DNA of 64,000 nt from Eledone cirrhosa. Lineage: Eukaryota. Of this stretch, positions 34,845 through 47,224 are shown in pieces. Each line of letters begins with the position of its first letter. The first letter of the stretch is position 1. The notes under the pieces were generated by a model. It searched no databases and was not told where the DNA came from. It saw only the letters and a program-made list of their open reading frames with translations. The translations under genes and the position numbers were made by a program. Where the stretch lies: the NCBI GenBank assembly GCA_964016885.1, contig OZ024741.1, forward strand, positions 386,260,001 through 386,324,000, written 5' to 3'.

Positions 34845-35395
34845 CGAGGAGGCAGCAAAAAGTTTGTAGAAAATGTACATAGCTAAAAATCATATGCAGG
34901 GATTTTGATCTCAATGCACCTGTACATTCTTGTATTAATATGTCATGACATTATTCTAACATGAACCCTTAAATGCATGCTGCAATGCGGTGCTGCCAGT
35001 TGGAAGTCAGCACCCGCTTGAGCAACTTGGCCGCAATCAAAACATCAAATTCATGGTGAAGCTAGGGTGGAAGAGTAGCTAAATCATTGACACTCTGGAG
35101 CAAGTTTGTGGAGAGAATGCCCCAAAGAAATCAACAACCTACAAATGGTTAAGTCGTTTTAGAAGTGGAAGAGATGAGGTTGAAGATGATCCCCAGCTGA
35201 AGATGTAAAAAAAGTTGCTTTGACATGGTTTAAATCGCATGGCCTTCAATTTTACACAGATGGACTTAAAGGCTGGTATCAACACTTGCAGGAGTGAATT
35301 GACCTAGATGGAGCATATGTTGACAAATAAACATCATAACTTAAACCATTTTTTCCAACTGTCCTTTTCCTACAAAATATTTTGAAGTCCCCTTG
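34845..35395 (+). mobile_element. Internally deleted mariner (Hsmar2/irritans-like) DNA transposon
   Basis: Left TIR TA|CGAGGAGGCAGCAAAAAGTTTGTAGAAAA; right TIR (reverse complement) TA|CAAGGGGACTTCAAAATATTTTGTAGGAAAA. The N-terminal piece NIKFMVKLGWKSS*IIDTLEQVCGENAPKKSTTYKWLSRFRSGRDEVEDD is fused near 35193 to the C-terminal piece TWFKSHGLQFYTDGLKGWYQHLQE*IDLDGAYVDK*. Confidence 0.88.
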
Positions 35396-35420
35396 TATAC
35401 ATATATGATAAAAACTTGGA

Positions 35421-35725
35421 GAGGAGATGCCCACCACCAAGTATTTCTAGGGCCCATTGAGATGCCATGATGTAGTAAAACATATAGAGTGGCACTCCAA
35501 CAACTGGCTGCACCAGTTTCAGGGAGATGACCACCATCAAGTATTTCTAGGGCCCATTGAAATGCCATGATGTAGACACAATAAAACACATAGAGTGACT
35601 GGCTGCACCAATTATGGGGAGATGGGCACTGCCAACCATTTCTAAGGTCCATTGAGATGCCATGATAGACACACAGAAAAAACGTATAGAATCACACCCC
35701 AACAACTGGCTGCAACAGTTACAGG
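35421..35725. repeat. Three-copy ~95-100-bp tandem repeat
   Basis: The core ATTTCTARGGYCCATTGARATGCCATGAT...ACTGGCTGCA occurs three times; unit starts (AGATG) at 35425, 35525 and 35620. Confidence 0.88.
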
Positions 35726-36042
35726 AACTTGATTAATTGATTAATATAACTAACTTTCTCGTTATTAATCTGATGTTTGGAACATAACTTAACAAAGGTT
35801 TATACATGAAATTGCGATGAAGGGTTTTTAGATGAATATAAACACTTTAAAATAAACAGTTTTGAATATTAAGTTAACTTAATATATTGAATGTTATGTT
35901 AACAGCTTCAGTGGACGTTTTTTAACCATGAAAATAAGTTGGGCATATAAGTTCCTGGTGTCGAGAAAATTCCCTGGGTGATAGTGTCCACTTTTTTCTA
36001 TCTCCAGGGATTTATATTCCCAACATAGACTACTTTTCATAG

Positions 36043-36160
36043 TTATGAGGGTTGGTTGAAAAGTTCATAGGCTAACTATGAAGAAGTGATGCTTGAGCTT
36101 TGAAATCTTGCATGCATTAATTTGAACTCTTATTAATAATTGCATTGTTTCTTTCCAGGG
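36043..36160 (+). mobile_element. Probable 5' end of a second mariner-type element
   Basis: TATGAGGGTTGGTTGAAAAGTTCATAGG resembles a mariner TIR. No partner TIR was found. Confidence 0.45.
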
Positions 36161-36209
36161 ATTCTATTAAAAAATAAACCTCATTTGGTCATTCCATGAG
36201 AGTTTCAGC

Positions 36210-37570
36210 TTCTGAACCAGATCATCTACATAGAGAAGTTCCCATAGGCAGCCCATTTTAAACTTCTCTGTTATGGCTTGAAGAACTATGATAAACATCA
36301 ATGGGCTAAGAACTAAACCTTGATGAACTCCTACTTGTACCTTGAATTCTTCACTAAATTCATTTCCTACTTTCACTTTGCTGACAGCTCCCCTGTACAT
36401 GGCTTGCATTGTTCTCACCAACCATTCTTCTACACCAATTTCCTTAAGTATCAGCAGATAATAGATCAGGTTACTCTGTCAAATGCTTTTTCTTGGTCAA
36501 CAAAAGCTATAACTGTCAACTTTAATGGCTGGCCCTTGTATTGGGTGGGTTGAGGATAGTTTCTCTTCCTCCCATTTGTTCTCTATATTCATCAGTTTCT
36601 CATAATAACATTTCCAAGCCTCTATCTTTTGAGCATCAGAGGTGCTAAATACACCGGTGTCATTTCTAACACACGTTTCCTCAACAACATCACAATTCAC
36701 ACTGATACACTGCCTTGCAATGCGGAACACTTTGCGTCTCTGATCCTCATATCACAAGACATTGGCAAACTTTCTTTTATCAGCCTCTCTCTGAGTTGTG
36801 TATACTTGTTGTCTAGCTTGTCTCTTAGCCACCTGGTACCAGTCTCTGCTACCCCCATTTTTCCAGTCTTTCCATGCCTCTCTCTTGGTTATGATGGCTC
36901 TATCAACAGCTGTTCCACCACTAGATCCCCCTCTGTCTGGCTGGTGCTCTACTCCTGGCACAAGTCTTGTCAGTAGTTTACAAAAGGTTATCATGTAAGA
37001 ATTTCCAGTTGTCTTCTACATCATAAGTATCAAGCTCATCACTTCTCTCATCAAGTGCATCCCATAGAGCCTTTCTAAACCTATATTTAACTGAGAGGTC
37101 CTTTAGCTTCCACACTCTCCATCTCCATATTTTCCATATTTGTTCTATCTTGTGCTTATTTTGATGTCACTAATAACTAACTTGTGCTGAGCAATGCATT
37201 CTTCCCCAGGAAAGGCCTTAGTATTTATTACAGTCTGTTTGTCTTGTTTTATAACAAGTAAATGGTCAATTTGGCTTTTGTGTTTGCCTAATTGATATGA
37301 GATCAGGTGGTTGGCTGGTTCCCTGAAATATCTGTTGTAAATGGTTAGTTCATTTGCATCACAGAATTCCAGGAGCCTTGGCCCCCTCTTCGTTTCTTGA
37401 ATCATAACCATAGCCACTATGAACTCCACTGAATCTGTCTTGGTACTCTCCCACATGTCCATTGAAGTTACTTGCCAGGATGATGAGGTCACCTTTATCG
37501 ATACCTGAAGTTGTCTGTAGAAGTTCTTCATAGGACCTGTCTTTTTGTTCTTTACTCTTTGATCCCACCT
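36210..37570 (-). mobile_element. Decayed RTE-clade LINE (end of APE domain, linker, part of RT)
   Basis: NFNGHVG, RNEEG.RLLEFC, SQIDHLLV, QHKLVISD, then KAFDRV, GVHQGLVLSPLMF and LLYVDDLV. Contains frameshifts and an internal deletion. Confidence 0.9.
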
Positions 37571-37737
37571 GCTATCTGATAGTAGTCAGTTCCTCAGTTT
37601 ACAATATTAAAGCAATACTAGTAAATCAGACCATCAGGTGTGCACTGCTTCATTGTCAAAACCAAATAATGACATTGAGTATTGAGTGCTTAGTGTAGTT
37701 TACACCAGGGTTATCTACAATCTAAGAAACTCAACAA

Positions 37738-37986
37738 TGTGTATATATATGTGTGTGTGCACATGCGTGTCCATCTGTGTGTATATTTGTGTCGGTCAGT
37801 GTATGTATATGCATCTGTGTTGTGTGTGTGTGTATATGTTTGTGTGTTTGTGTCTGTGCATGCCTGTGTCTGTGTGTGTCTGCATGTGTGTGTCTGTGTC
37901 TGTGTGTGTCTGTGTGTTTGTAAGTATGTCTGTGTATGTGTGTGTGTGTGTAAGCATGTCTGTGTATGTGTGTGTGTCTGTGTGTA
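37738..37986. repeat. Degenerate (GT)n microsatellite
   Basis: Read directly from the sequence. Confidence 0.9.
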
Positions 37987-38102
37987 CCTAAAGCATACAT
38001 GTCTCACCATGCATTTCAGTAATTTATTTGAGGTAAAACAATTTTCCCTTCTCAATTGCCACTAATGGCTTTGTATATTGCAGTTAATTAGCCAAATAAT
38101 GG

Positions 38103-38336
38103 CTTCTGATTTAAGCACAAGGCCAGCTATTTGAAGGGGAGGTAGAAAGTCAATTAAATCGATCAGTGCGTTACTGGTACTTTATTTTATCAGCCCTGTT
38201 AGGATGAAAGTCAAAACTACCTCAGCGGGATTTGAACTCAGAACATAAAGGGATGTAACTATATGTAGCAAATCATGTTGTCTGATGCTCTACTGACACT
38301 GCCAATCCACTACCCTTTAATTAGTCAAATTATGAT
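38103..38336 (-). mobile_element. Family A SINE
   Basis: Reverse complement of the head (CTGCCAATCCACTACC), B box (GGATTTGAACTC) and CTGGTACTTTATTTTATC domain. Confidence 0.85.
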
Positions 38337-38954
38337 ATCTAATCAAATATCCTTTGATATTTAATTAGCAAAGTCATTACCTTTATCATTATCATTATAT
38401 TAGATACCTCAACTCTGACATCACTTACTGGTTGATGAGGTGGTGGGATGTTGTGGAGACATGTGGAAATATGAAGAAATTATGAAAATACTAACAATTA
38501 GTGAACTATATTTAGGGTGTGGTTTACAGTGGTCATATTTGAAGGTTTGACCTAAGGGAGTGTTATTCTTATTGATGTTGTTGTTGTCCTGTTTAGGCCT
38601 ACAAAGCTCAAATATAACCCACAATATTGTTCTACTTTCATATTCAGTATGCTGCTGCTACTGCTACTACTACAGCTACAGATGCACAAACATCCTAGAC
38701 TACATTCAAAACACCATTCACCTGTCTAGCCAATCAAGATACTATTGCCATGTCCTCCATCTGCCTAATCCATCATTTCACACCCACAAAAAAGGGCAAG
38801 AAGACAACCATTAGATTAGATGACACCAAAGGAGACAATGTTTCCATTGGTAATTCTATTGATTGTATTTTGTCTGATGCTTGAGGAGGGAACTGTATGG
38901 CTGTAGTCAGGGGCTCCAGAATATTTAAAGTATCTTAAATAAAATGCTTTGCCT

Positions 38955-39040
38955 CCTCCCCCTTCCTCCACCTCCTCCTCCTCATCACCATCACCATCAT
39001 CATCATCATCATCATCATCATCATAATCATCATCATCATT
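38955..39040. repeat. (CCT)n/(CAT)n microsatellite, probably the tail of an adjacent minus-strand retroposon
   Basis: Read directly. The following sequence (CCCTGCTAGCAAG...CACATTCTAC.GAGTAC) recurs at about 40850-40950. Confidence 0.7.
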
Positions 39041-39672
39041 TAATTTTCGTTTTCCCTGCTAGCAAGTTCAGAAGATTCATTACACACCAATTCAGCACTC
39101 AAGCAGAGCTACTAATTTCTCAGATGGGGAGGGGTCCTCCATTTTTCTTACTTATGTTCCCACATTCTACTGAGTACTTATAAATGATTAAATAAATAAT
39201 ATATTATTCATGGTAGTAAGGGACCCAATGACATTTTCAACCAGGCACATCATGCAAGCTTACACCATCCACACCTGGGATGGAGTTGAGAGTATTTGAG
39301 GAATGAACAAGAGAGGTATCAAGCTGGAAGCTGTTGAGAGCAAGATGAAGTGCATGGAAACATTGTCAAAGACATTTAAAGCTGTGAGCTGGTATCAAAC
39401 ATAAAAATCTTCCCTCAACATAATCTTTGAGTTCGATTCCCAGACTGGTCAATGCGTTATGTTCTTGAGCAAGACACCTAATTTCATGTTGCTCCTTCTG
39501 CCAAGAGTTGTGTCCGATAGATGGTATCACCAATAGAAAGACTAATGAAAACGTTGATCCCTTGGTCCAATTTGATGAGTTCCACCTCACTCAATAAATG
39601 AATGAGTTCTAGGATCTTGTCGATCATTAAAAAAAAAATAAGTGAAAAATATTGTTATATTTTTATTTTCAG

Positions 39673-39827
39673 ACTATACCCTTTCCTTTGTTGAAGATGC
39701 AGAACTTGGAAATTTTGAAACTTCGTGATAATCCTCTCTCTGTCATTCCTCCTGGCATCAAGAAATTGAGACACCAACTACGTACACTTATCTTATCATT
39801 TTGTCTTCTAACAGAACTGCCAGTAGA
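39673..39827 (+). CDS. Internal coding exon of a leucine-rich-repeat protein gene (LRRC63-like)
   Basis: Acceptor TTTTATTTTCAG| and donor |GTAAGT; 155 nt, phase 0 to phase 2. Open frame TIPFPLLKMQNLEILKLRDNPLSVIPPGIKKLRHQLRTLILSFCLLTELPV-(E/D) fits LxxLxLxxNxLxxIP twice. LKLRxNP...SF resembles LRRC63 as I recall it. The exon is absent from the ORF track. Confidence 0.85.
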
Positions 39828-39910
39828 GTAAGTGTGTCTATATATGTATGGTATGGTCTCATATCTTCTGGTGGAGTCATAGGGGTACCGTATTGATGTA
39901 CAGCATTTCT

Positions 39911-40050
39911 GGGGCAGAGCTTGGCAAAGCTTGGCAGAGCTTGGCAGAGCTTGGCAGAGCCTGGCAGAGCCTGGCAGAGCCTGGCAGAGCCTGGCAGAGC
40001 CTGGCAGAGCCTGGAAGTGCTTGGCAGAGCCTGGAAGAGCCTGGCAGATC
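39911..40050. repeat. 10-bp minisatellite (YTGGCAGAGC), about 14 copies
   Basis: Read directly; TT variants lie on the left and mostly CT variants on the right. Confidence 0.95.
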
Positions 40051-40286
40051 CCACATCTCTCCAGGTCTGAATATAGCAGATTTCTTCCAGAAAAGGATAG
40101 AAAGTGAGAAAGAGATATAGAGGAAGAATCGACCCCAGTACTAGACTGATACTTTTATAATCGATCTCAGAAGGATGAAAGGCAAAGTTGACCACAATAG
40201 GATTTGAACTGAGAGAGCAGAGAGCCAGAATGAATACTACATAGCATTCTATCTAACATTCTAGTGGCTCTGCCAATTTGCACTCT
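40050..40286 (-). mobile_element. Family A SINE (long-tail subtype)
   Basis: GGATGAAAGGCAAAGTTGACC, GGATTTGAACT and CTGCCAAT on the + strand; tail shared with 29906-30090. Confidence 0.8.
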
Positions 40287-40559
40287 TGCCTATATATGTA
40301 ATGCTTCACAAATTTTATTAAGGTTGTGTAGGTGTCCTGTTACTCTGGAGTTTCAGCTGATAGTTATGATTGTTGAAACACCAGAATAACTGACTTAAAT
40401 TACTATTAATATTATTATTATGTTAAGTACACATTCTTACAACCTCCAAAACAAAACATCCAGCCCATGCAAGCATGGAAAAAGTGGATGTAAAATATTG
40501 ATGGCAAGGAGGATTATATATATCCTCATCATCGTTTTAATGTCTGCTTACCCTGCTAG

Positions 40560-40848
40560 GCACGTGGTTTAGTAGTAAAGGTGTTGAACTTATGATCATA
40601 ATGTCATGAGTTTGATTCCTGGACTGGGTTGTGTGTTGTGTTCTTGAGCAAAACACTTCATTTCATGTTGCTCTTGTATTAGTTCAGCTGAAAATGAGTA
40701 CCAGCAATAGCTGGAGGTTTAACCCTGCACTGGACTGGTGTCCTGTCCAGCACAGGAAGTCTTGTACTCTCAGACACTTCATGCCATGAAACTGGGATAA
40801 GCACCGGTCTAACCAGCTATCTGGCTTGAGACAGACTTTAGACTTTTA
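40560..40848 (+). mobile_element. tRNA-derived SINE, family B (CORE-like)
   Basis: GTGGTTTAGTAGT A box, GAGTTTGATTCC B box and GTGTTCTTGAGCAAAACACTT CORE-like block. A fragment of the same family lies at about 39428-39495. Confidence 0.78.
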
Positions 40849-41184
40849 TCCTGCTAGCAAGTCAGTACTGAAGTGGGGCTACTGATTTCCCAGCCAAGCC
40901 AGAGATCTGCAGCTCATTTATGTATGGTCTCACATTCTACCGAGTACACAGGGAGGTTGTCATGTCTTTGAAATAACTGTAGGTCCTCACATTCCTTTGT
41001 TTGGTAAACTTTCTATAGCTGGGTACCCTTCCTATCACCAACCACTTTACTGCATCTATAGTGTGCATTTATCATGTAGGTCACCAATACTAGGGAGGCT
41101 GTCATATCCTTAACATAACTAAGGGTCTTCCCATGACTGATATGTTTATATATATTTAGTTTAATTCACTTTGACATTTGTTGG

Positions 41185-41500
41185 GATCATCATCATCCTC
41201 ATCATCGTTTAACGTCCATCTTTCATGTTAGATGGATTGGACGGGTTTGTCCCACTTCAGGCAAGATTGGTCAGGTGACCGTGTCTCACTCGTACAGAAC
41301 TATTTCTGGCAGGTTTTCTACGGTTGGATGACCTTCCTAACACCAACCACATTCACAGTGTGACTTTTTACAATGTCACCTACATGACCACTTTACAGTG
41401 GATGGAAGTGGGAGGATGGAGTGAGCAAGGTCAGTTTTTATCACCTCATCCCAGTTTTTTCTTGGTTTACCCACTCCGTAGCTTCCATCAGTTTTGATCG
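41185..41500 (-). mobile_element. RTE 3' fragments and tail
   Basis: GVGKPRKNWDEVIKTDL on the minus strand and a (GAT)n tail at about 41185-41206. Confidence 0.7.
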
Positions 41501-41904
41501 GAATATATATATGTGTGGTGGTGGTGTGTGTTTGTAGTGTGGTGTGTTTGGTAGTGGTGGTGGTGGTGGTGGTGTGTGTGTAGTGTGGTATGTGTATGTG
41601 GCAGTGGTGGTGATGTGTGTGTATATACAATACATACCCCCTAAAAGAAATCATTTGAAAAAAGATTTAAAATGATGTTGAAGAATTGCTTTTATTCTTG
41701 TAAGAATATTTTAGAATCAAGTTATCTACTGGAAATTTATCTTGACTCACTTTACATGGAAAACACTGCAGAGATAAAGAAGGTAACAGGAATGTATGTG
41801 TGTGTTTATATACAAGACTAAATTTAGACATTGAAGGCCTGGGGTAGTTCAGATTTGGTGGGACCCTCATATAAAAACACACATATATATGTGTGTATAT
41901 ATAT

Positions 41905-42250
41905 CTTTATCATTATCATTTGAGAGGTGCAATTGGGCAAGGTCTGCTTTTATAACCTCATCCCAGGTCTTCTTGGGTCTCCCCACTCCATGGCTTCCTT
42001 CAACTTTTAGTGCTCTGCACCTTTTTATGCAGCTGTTATCCTTCGTAGGCATCACATGTCCATACCAACACATCCTCCTCTCCTGCACACAACATTTGAT
42101 TCCTCTTATGTTCAGTCTCTCAGTTCGTTTATGCTTTGCCGTTCGTGTATTACACATCCATCGGAGCATGCAAGCTTTGTTTCTTTCTAATCTACGCAGG
42201 TCTTCTACACACAGTGCCCAGGTCTTACTACCATGTAACATTACTGTTCA
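41905..42250 (-). mobile_element. RTE LINE C-terminal fragment
   Basis: LHGSKTW...LERNKACMLRWMC...WYGHVM...GRPKKTWDEVIKADL. Confidence 0.88.
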
Positions 42251-42258
42251 TACTCTGA

Positions 42259-42720
42259 ACGCCTTGCTTCCCTGGGCATGGATTCATTGAAGCTCCAACG
42301 TCTGGCAATGGACTTGGTAAACACCCACAAAGTTATTAACCATCTCGCCAACAACAACCCTGAGCACCTTTTTGATCTACATGTGTCTAACACACGTGGG
42401 CATGCCTACAAAGTCAGAAAATAGTACAGCTCCCATGACTTTCGGAAACATTTTTTCACGCTCAGAGTTGCTGAAGCATGGAACAAACTCCCTGCATCAG
42501 TTGTTAGCTGCCAAATCAATGCATCCGTTAAAACCTCCATGCTTCCTGAAATTCGCCAACACTATACCTGATACCCCCTCCATACACATGCACACATGTA
42601 TATCATGACTCATATGCTGTTCATTTTCCTGACATTTGTACATTATTCTATGTACTATGCATGCATCTTTGATGAGTTGTAGTGCACCTGAGCACTGTAC
42701 ACAATAATTTCATTCATTAT
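42259..42720 (+). mobile_element. CR1-clade LINE 3' end
   Basis: RLASLGMDSLKLQRLAMDL...NTRGHAYKVRK*...RKHFFTLRVAEAWNKLPASVV followed by a 3' UTR. Confidence 0.85.
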
Positions 42721-42749
42721 ATATGTCTCTCTCTCTCTCTTTACCTTTT

Positions 42750-43297
<548 letters not shown>

Positions 43298-44931
43298 GGA
43301 ATTTCTACCCACCCCTTTCCTATACACCAAACAGGGCCATTTCCCAGAAGGGATCAGGGCCTTGTTTTTCTTTCTACATACTAGCACTTCAATCTTTGCC
43401 AAGTTGACTTTAAGACCTCTTGATTCCAAGTTATGCTTCCAGGTCAGGAATTTTTTCGCTAATTCTGAAATAGATTCAGCTATGAGAGTTAGATCATCAG
43501 CATACTGTTTTAAACTCTTCTGTTATAGCCTGAAGGATGGTAATAAACAGGAGAGGGCTAAGTATGGAGCCCTGGTGTACCCCAACTTGCATGTTAAACT
43601 CCTCATTATAGTCATTATTAATTTTTCACTTTGCTGTCTCGACCTCACTACATTGCTTATAGTGCCTCACAAGCCACTTGTCTACTCCTAGTTTCCTAAG
43701 TGTCCACCAGGTTACAGAATGGGGAACCCTGTCAAAATCTTTCTTCAGGTCAACAAATACTAAGAAGAGGGAGTTACCTTTTGCTAGGTATTTCTCCTGC
43801 AGTTGCCTCACAAGAAAGAAGGCATCAGTAGTACTTTTACCTGGCACAAATCCAAACTGCACATCTATGTTAATTCAAACCCTAATCAGTTGTACAATTA
43901 CACTTTCTATAACTTTCATGACTTGGTCCATCAGTTTGATGCCTCAGTAGTTTCCTCTGACTAGGATATCACATTTGCCCTTGTAGCAGTTAACAATGAT
44001 GTTGCTACACCAGTCATTGGGTATAGCACCATTATATTACTTGGTTTATAATATGGGTAGTTGTGGTATGACCAACCGTTGCAGATGCTTTCAGCATCTC
44101 AGCAACTATTCCTGATGGTCCCGCTGTTTTGCCTGTCTTCATTTCCTTAATTGCTTTACTTACTATGTTGCTGCTGACTTGTACAGCTAGTCCCTCTGTT
44201 GGGTCAACTTGGAACAGGCTGTCTCCCTCTCACACATTCTCCTCATTCATCCATCTCTAGTAATGACACTTTCATGCTACCTTTGTTTCAGTTTCAGTGA
44301 GGGCAAGTGGACCATTGTCATCTTGGACACATTTCTCCCCAACATCATCACTATTTTCCCTGATGCACTGCCTTGTGATCTTGAACACTTCATACCTTTA
44401 GTCCTCATGTCACATAACATGCATAAAAATTCTATTTTCTACTTCCATCGTTGCAAAGTATACTTGTCATCTAGCCTCTCCTGGCCTCTTGCTCAAATTT
44501 TCTGCTTCCCACATTTGGCCATTCTTTCCATGTCTGTCTCTTGGCCTTAATTATTTCATCCACTCGACTATTCTACCACCAAGTCACTCTCCTTCTCCCT
44601 GGACCTCTGCTCTAGCCACACACCTCATTTGTGGCTTTCAGTAGATTATCTCTTAGGAACTTCCATGGCTCCTCTATATTGTATGCCACTATTTTTTCTA
44701 CCTTATTGTCAAAAGTAAGATATTCCTTAGTCAAAAAGTAAGATATTTCTAAATTTGTTATAGGCTGAAGGCTCCTTCAACTTCCATATCTTTCTCCTAG
44801 ACCCAACTAACAGATCACTGATTACTAGTTTATGTTTGGAGGAGCATTCCTCATCAGGGAGGGATTTTGTGTTTACAACCATCACTCTATCTTGCTTTCT
44901 GGTCCGGACAAAATCTATTTGGCTGGTGTGT

Positions 44932-44935
<4 letters not shown>
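43298..44935 (-). mobile_element. Decayed RTE-clade LINE (same family as 36210-37570)
   Basis: SQIDF, HKLVISD, QFGFVPGKSTTDAFFLVRQLQEKYL, FVDLKKDFDRVP, YADDL, GLKVNLAK; many disablements. Confidence 0.9.

Positions 44936-45016
<81 letters not shown>
44936..45016. repeat. Compound (TA)n(TG)n microsatellite
   Basis: Read directly from the sequence. Confidence 0.95.
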
Positions 45017-45017
<1 letters not shown>

Positions 45018-45769
45018 AAACAAAGAGTTGGGAGGACTCTTCATTAATGTCAAAGGCATGACAACTTCCCTTGTGTTGGTGGCATGATAAAAAGTGCTTG
45101 GTAGAGTGCAAGATTGTATATCGAGCTCCCAGCTTACCTGGAAGCTAGAAAAGACTCCACTTCAGAACTGACTGGTTTGTGAGATGTCCAACCTTTGTTA
45201 GCTGGGGAAGTGAACTTTAAATGATGATTTTATATATATATATATGTGTGTGTGTGTAAGTTAAACTGTTAATTGCCTTAACCCATAAAGAAAACACTCA
45301 GTAAACACTAAACTTACACCCATAATCCTCACAAAACCAACCCTTGACCTGCAATCCTGATTTTGTAAACCAACCACATATACAGCTCAGTGTTCCCCTT
45401 CATCAAATGCTCATAGTTCAACTTAACTCATAGTTCAGGATTTTACTCACGATTTTACCCACCAATTTTGTTAATTTAACCTTTTTTTTGTAATGAAAGT
45501 CACAGCTTATGATTTTCAAATATCTTTTGAAGTAATCGAAAATTTGAAGTGATCTAGTAACATAACTAACCTTCTCATTATAAAGCTGATGTTTGGAACA
45601 TAAATTAACAAAGGTTCTGATATAAAACCATGATGCAAGACCCCCTACTCCCCTATTCTCTCATTCATATCACTGCCTTCTCATCCTGGTTGAGGATTCT
45701 GCATTTAATCTAGTGTTGAAAAATGGTAGCACTGATGCTACAATAAAATACACTAATGTAAAGTGGTAA

Positions 45770-46025
45770 CGCTAGTGCCATGATAAAAATTACCTATTCC
45801 GCCCTTTTAGGTTGTAGTGGTAGTGTCATGATAAAATGCACTCGATACATGCTATGAAGTGGTTGAAATTAGGAAGGGCATCAAGCCATAGTCACTTTGC
45901 CAAAATGGAATGTATGAGTGTGATGCAGTCAACAGACCTGTCTAGCCTCAGAACTTGACAACCTGTCTAACCCATACAAGCATGGAAAATAGGAATAAAA
46001 CAGTGGTGATGATGATTATGATGAA
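45770..46025 (+). mobile_element. RTE-dependent SINE-like 3' region
   Basis: TTAGGAAGGGCATC...AACCCATACAAGCATGGAAAA...(GAT)n, the reverse complement of motifs at 30100-30330. Confidence 0.55.
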
Positions 46026-46270
46026 TATTGATGGTAGAAGAATGAAATCAATACAAGAATGAAGTTGAAAGATGAAAATGTTTAGAAAATGGATGCTGAA
46101 GAAGACAGAAGAGAAGGAGGGGGAGAATGAGGAGGTGAGGAGAAGATGGAGAAGAAGAATAAGAAGGTGAAAGAAAAGAAAGGAAGAAGAGAAAAAGAAG
46201 ATGGTGAAGAAAACAAAAAATAAGAAAAAAGGAGATAAGATGAAGAAAAGGAAAGATGATGATGGGGAAG
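46025..46270. repeat. Purine-rich (GAA/GAG) low-complexity tract
   Basis: Read directly from the sequence. Confidence 0.85.
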
Positions 46271-46522
46271 AGCTAGAAGTTCCTAGATATTTTTCACCTC
46301 CCAATTTTAATTCCTTTTCTAAAATATATTTGGCCAACTACCAAAACATTGCAGTTACTTTCTTCAATAAAACCTCTTGCATGAAACTATGTTGTTTGTC
46401 TGTTCATCTGTGTGGTGTGAAGGTATATATGTATACATATATATGTCTTTCTCTCTCTCTCACTCTCATCTCTCTTTATATATATACATACATATATCAA
46501 CCATAATAATAAGCCTTATATA

Positions 46523-46611
<89 letters not shown>

Positions 46612-46649
46612 GGAAAATTTGCTTTAAAATTTTAATTCTGCGAAATCAC

Positions 46650-47175
46650 TAGGAGCATGCTTGCTTCATTTCTCTCCAGCCGTTGCATATCCTCTGCAGT
46701 TGCTGCCCATATCTCACTACCATGCAGCATCGCGCTCCTCACACAGGCATCATATAACCGGCCTTTCGTACACAGGGAGAAACCCTTCTTCATCAGCAGA
46801 GAAAGCAGCTCCCTAAACTATGGCCTCGGAACACCCCCCTCCCATGCTAATCTGATCACCTGGGTACCCCCCCTCCCATGCTAATCTGATCACCTGGGTA
46901 CCAGAAGCTATCAACCACTTCTATAGCACCCACCTGCATTTGAAAAATGTGTCTATCAATGCGACTTCTATTGTCAAATTTCCCTGTACATCTACTGCAT
47001 ACGTATTTCTCCCTAACTGTTAGTTTGCCTGCTATCCCCCTACAGATGAAAAATGAAATTCCAGTTATCATCTATGTCATACGACTCTAAATCGTCTTCT
47101 TTTTCATCATACACATCTTGAAGGGCTTTCCTAAATTTGTATTTTAGTGAAATATCTTTTAACTTCCAGATATTT
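46650..47175 (-). mobile_element. Rearranged RTE fragments with a ~33-bp internal tandem duplication (46834-46900)
   Basis: YVCSRCTG, VVDSFWYPGDQISMGGG, LYDACVRSAMLHGSEIW; CCTCCCATGCTAATCTGATCACCTGGGTA occurs twice. Confidence 0.8.
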
Positions 47176-47224
47176 AATAAATATATATATATTTATTAAA
47201 ATAACAGATTAAATACTTGGGGTA

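Noticed and set aside
35421-35725. CRISPR-like repeat-spacer array
   Set aside because: The variable parts are homologous to each other, there are only three units, there are no cas genes, and the context is eukaryotic.
38944-39183. Poly-Pro/poly-His ORF
   Set aside because: Translation of CCT/CAT microsatellites at a retroposon tail.
41715-41782. AG...GT-bounded candidate for the next exon of the LRR gene
   Set aside because: In the frame required after a phase-2 donor it reaches TGA after nine codons, and it shows no LRR pattern.
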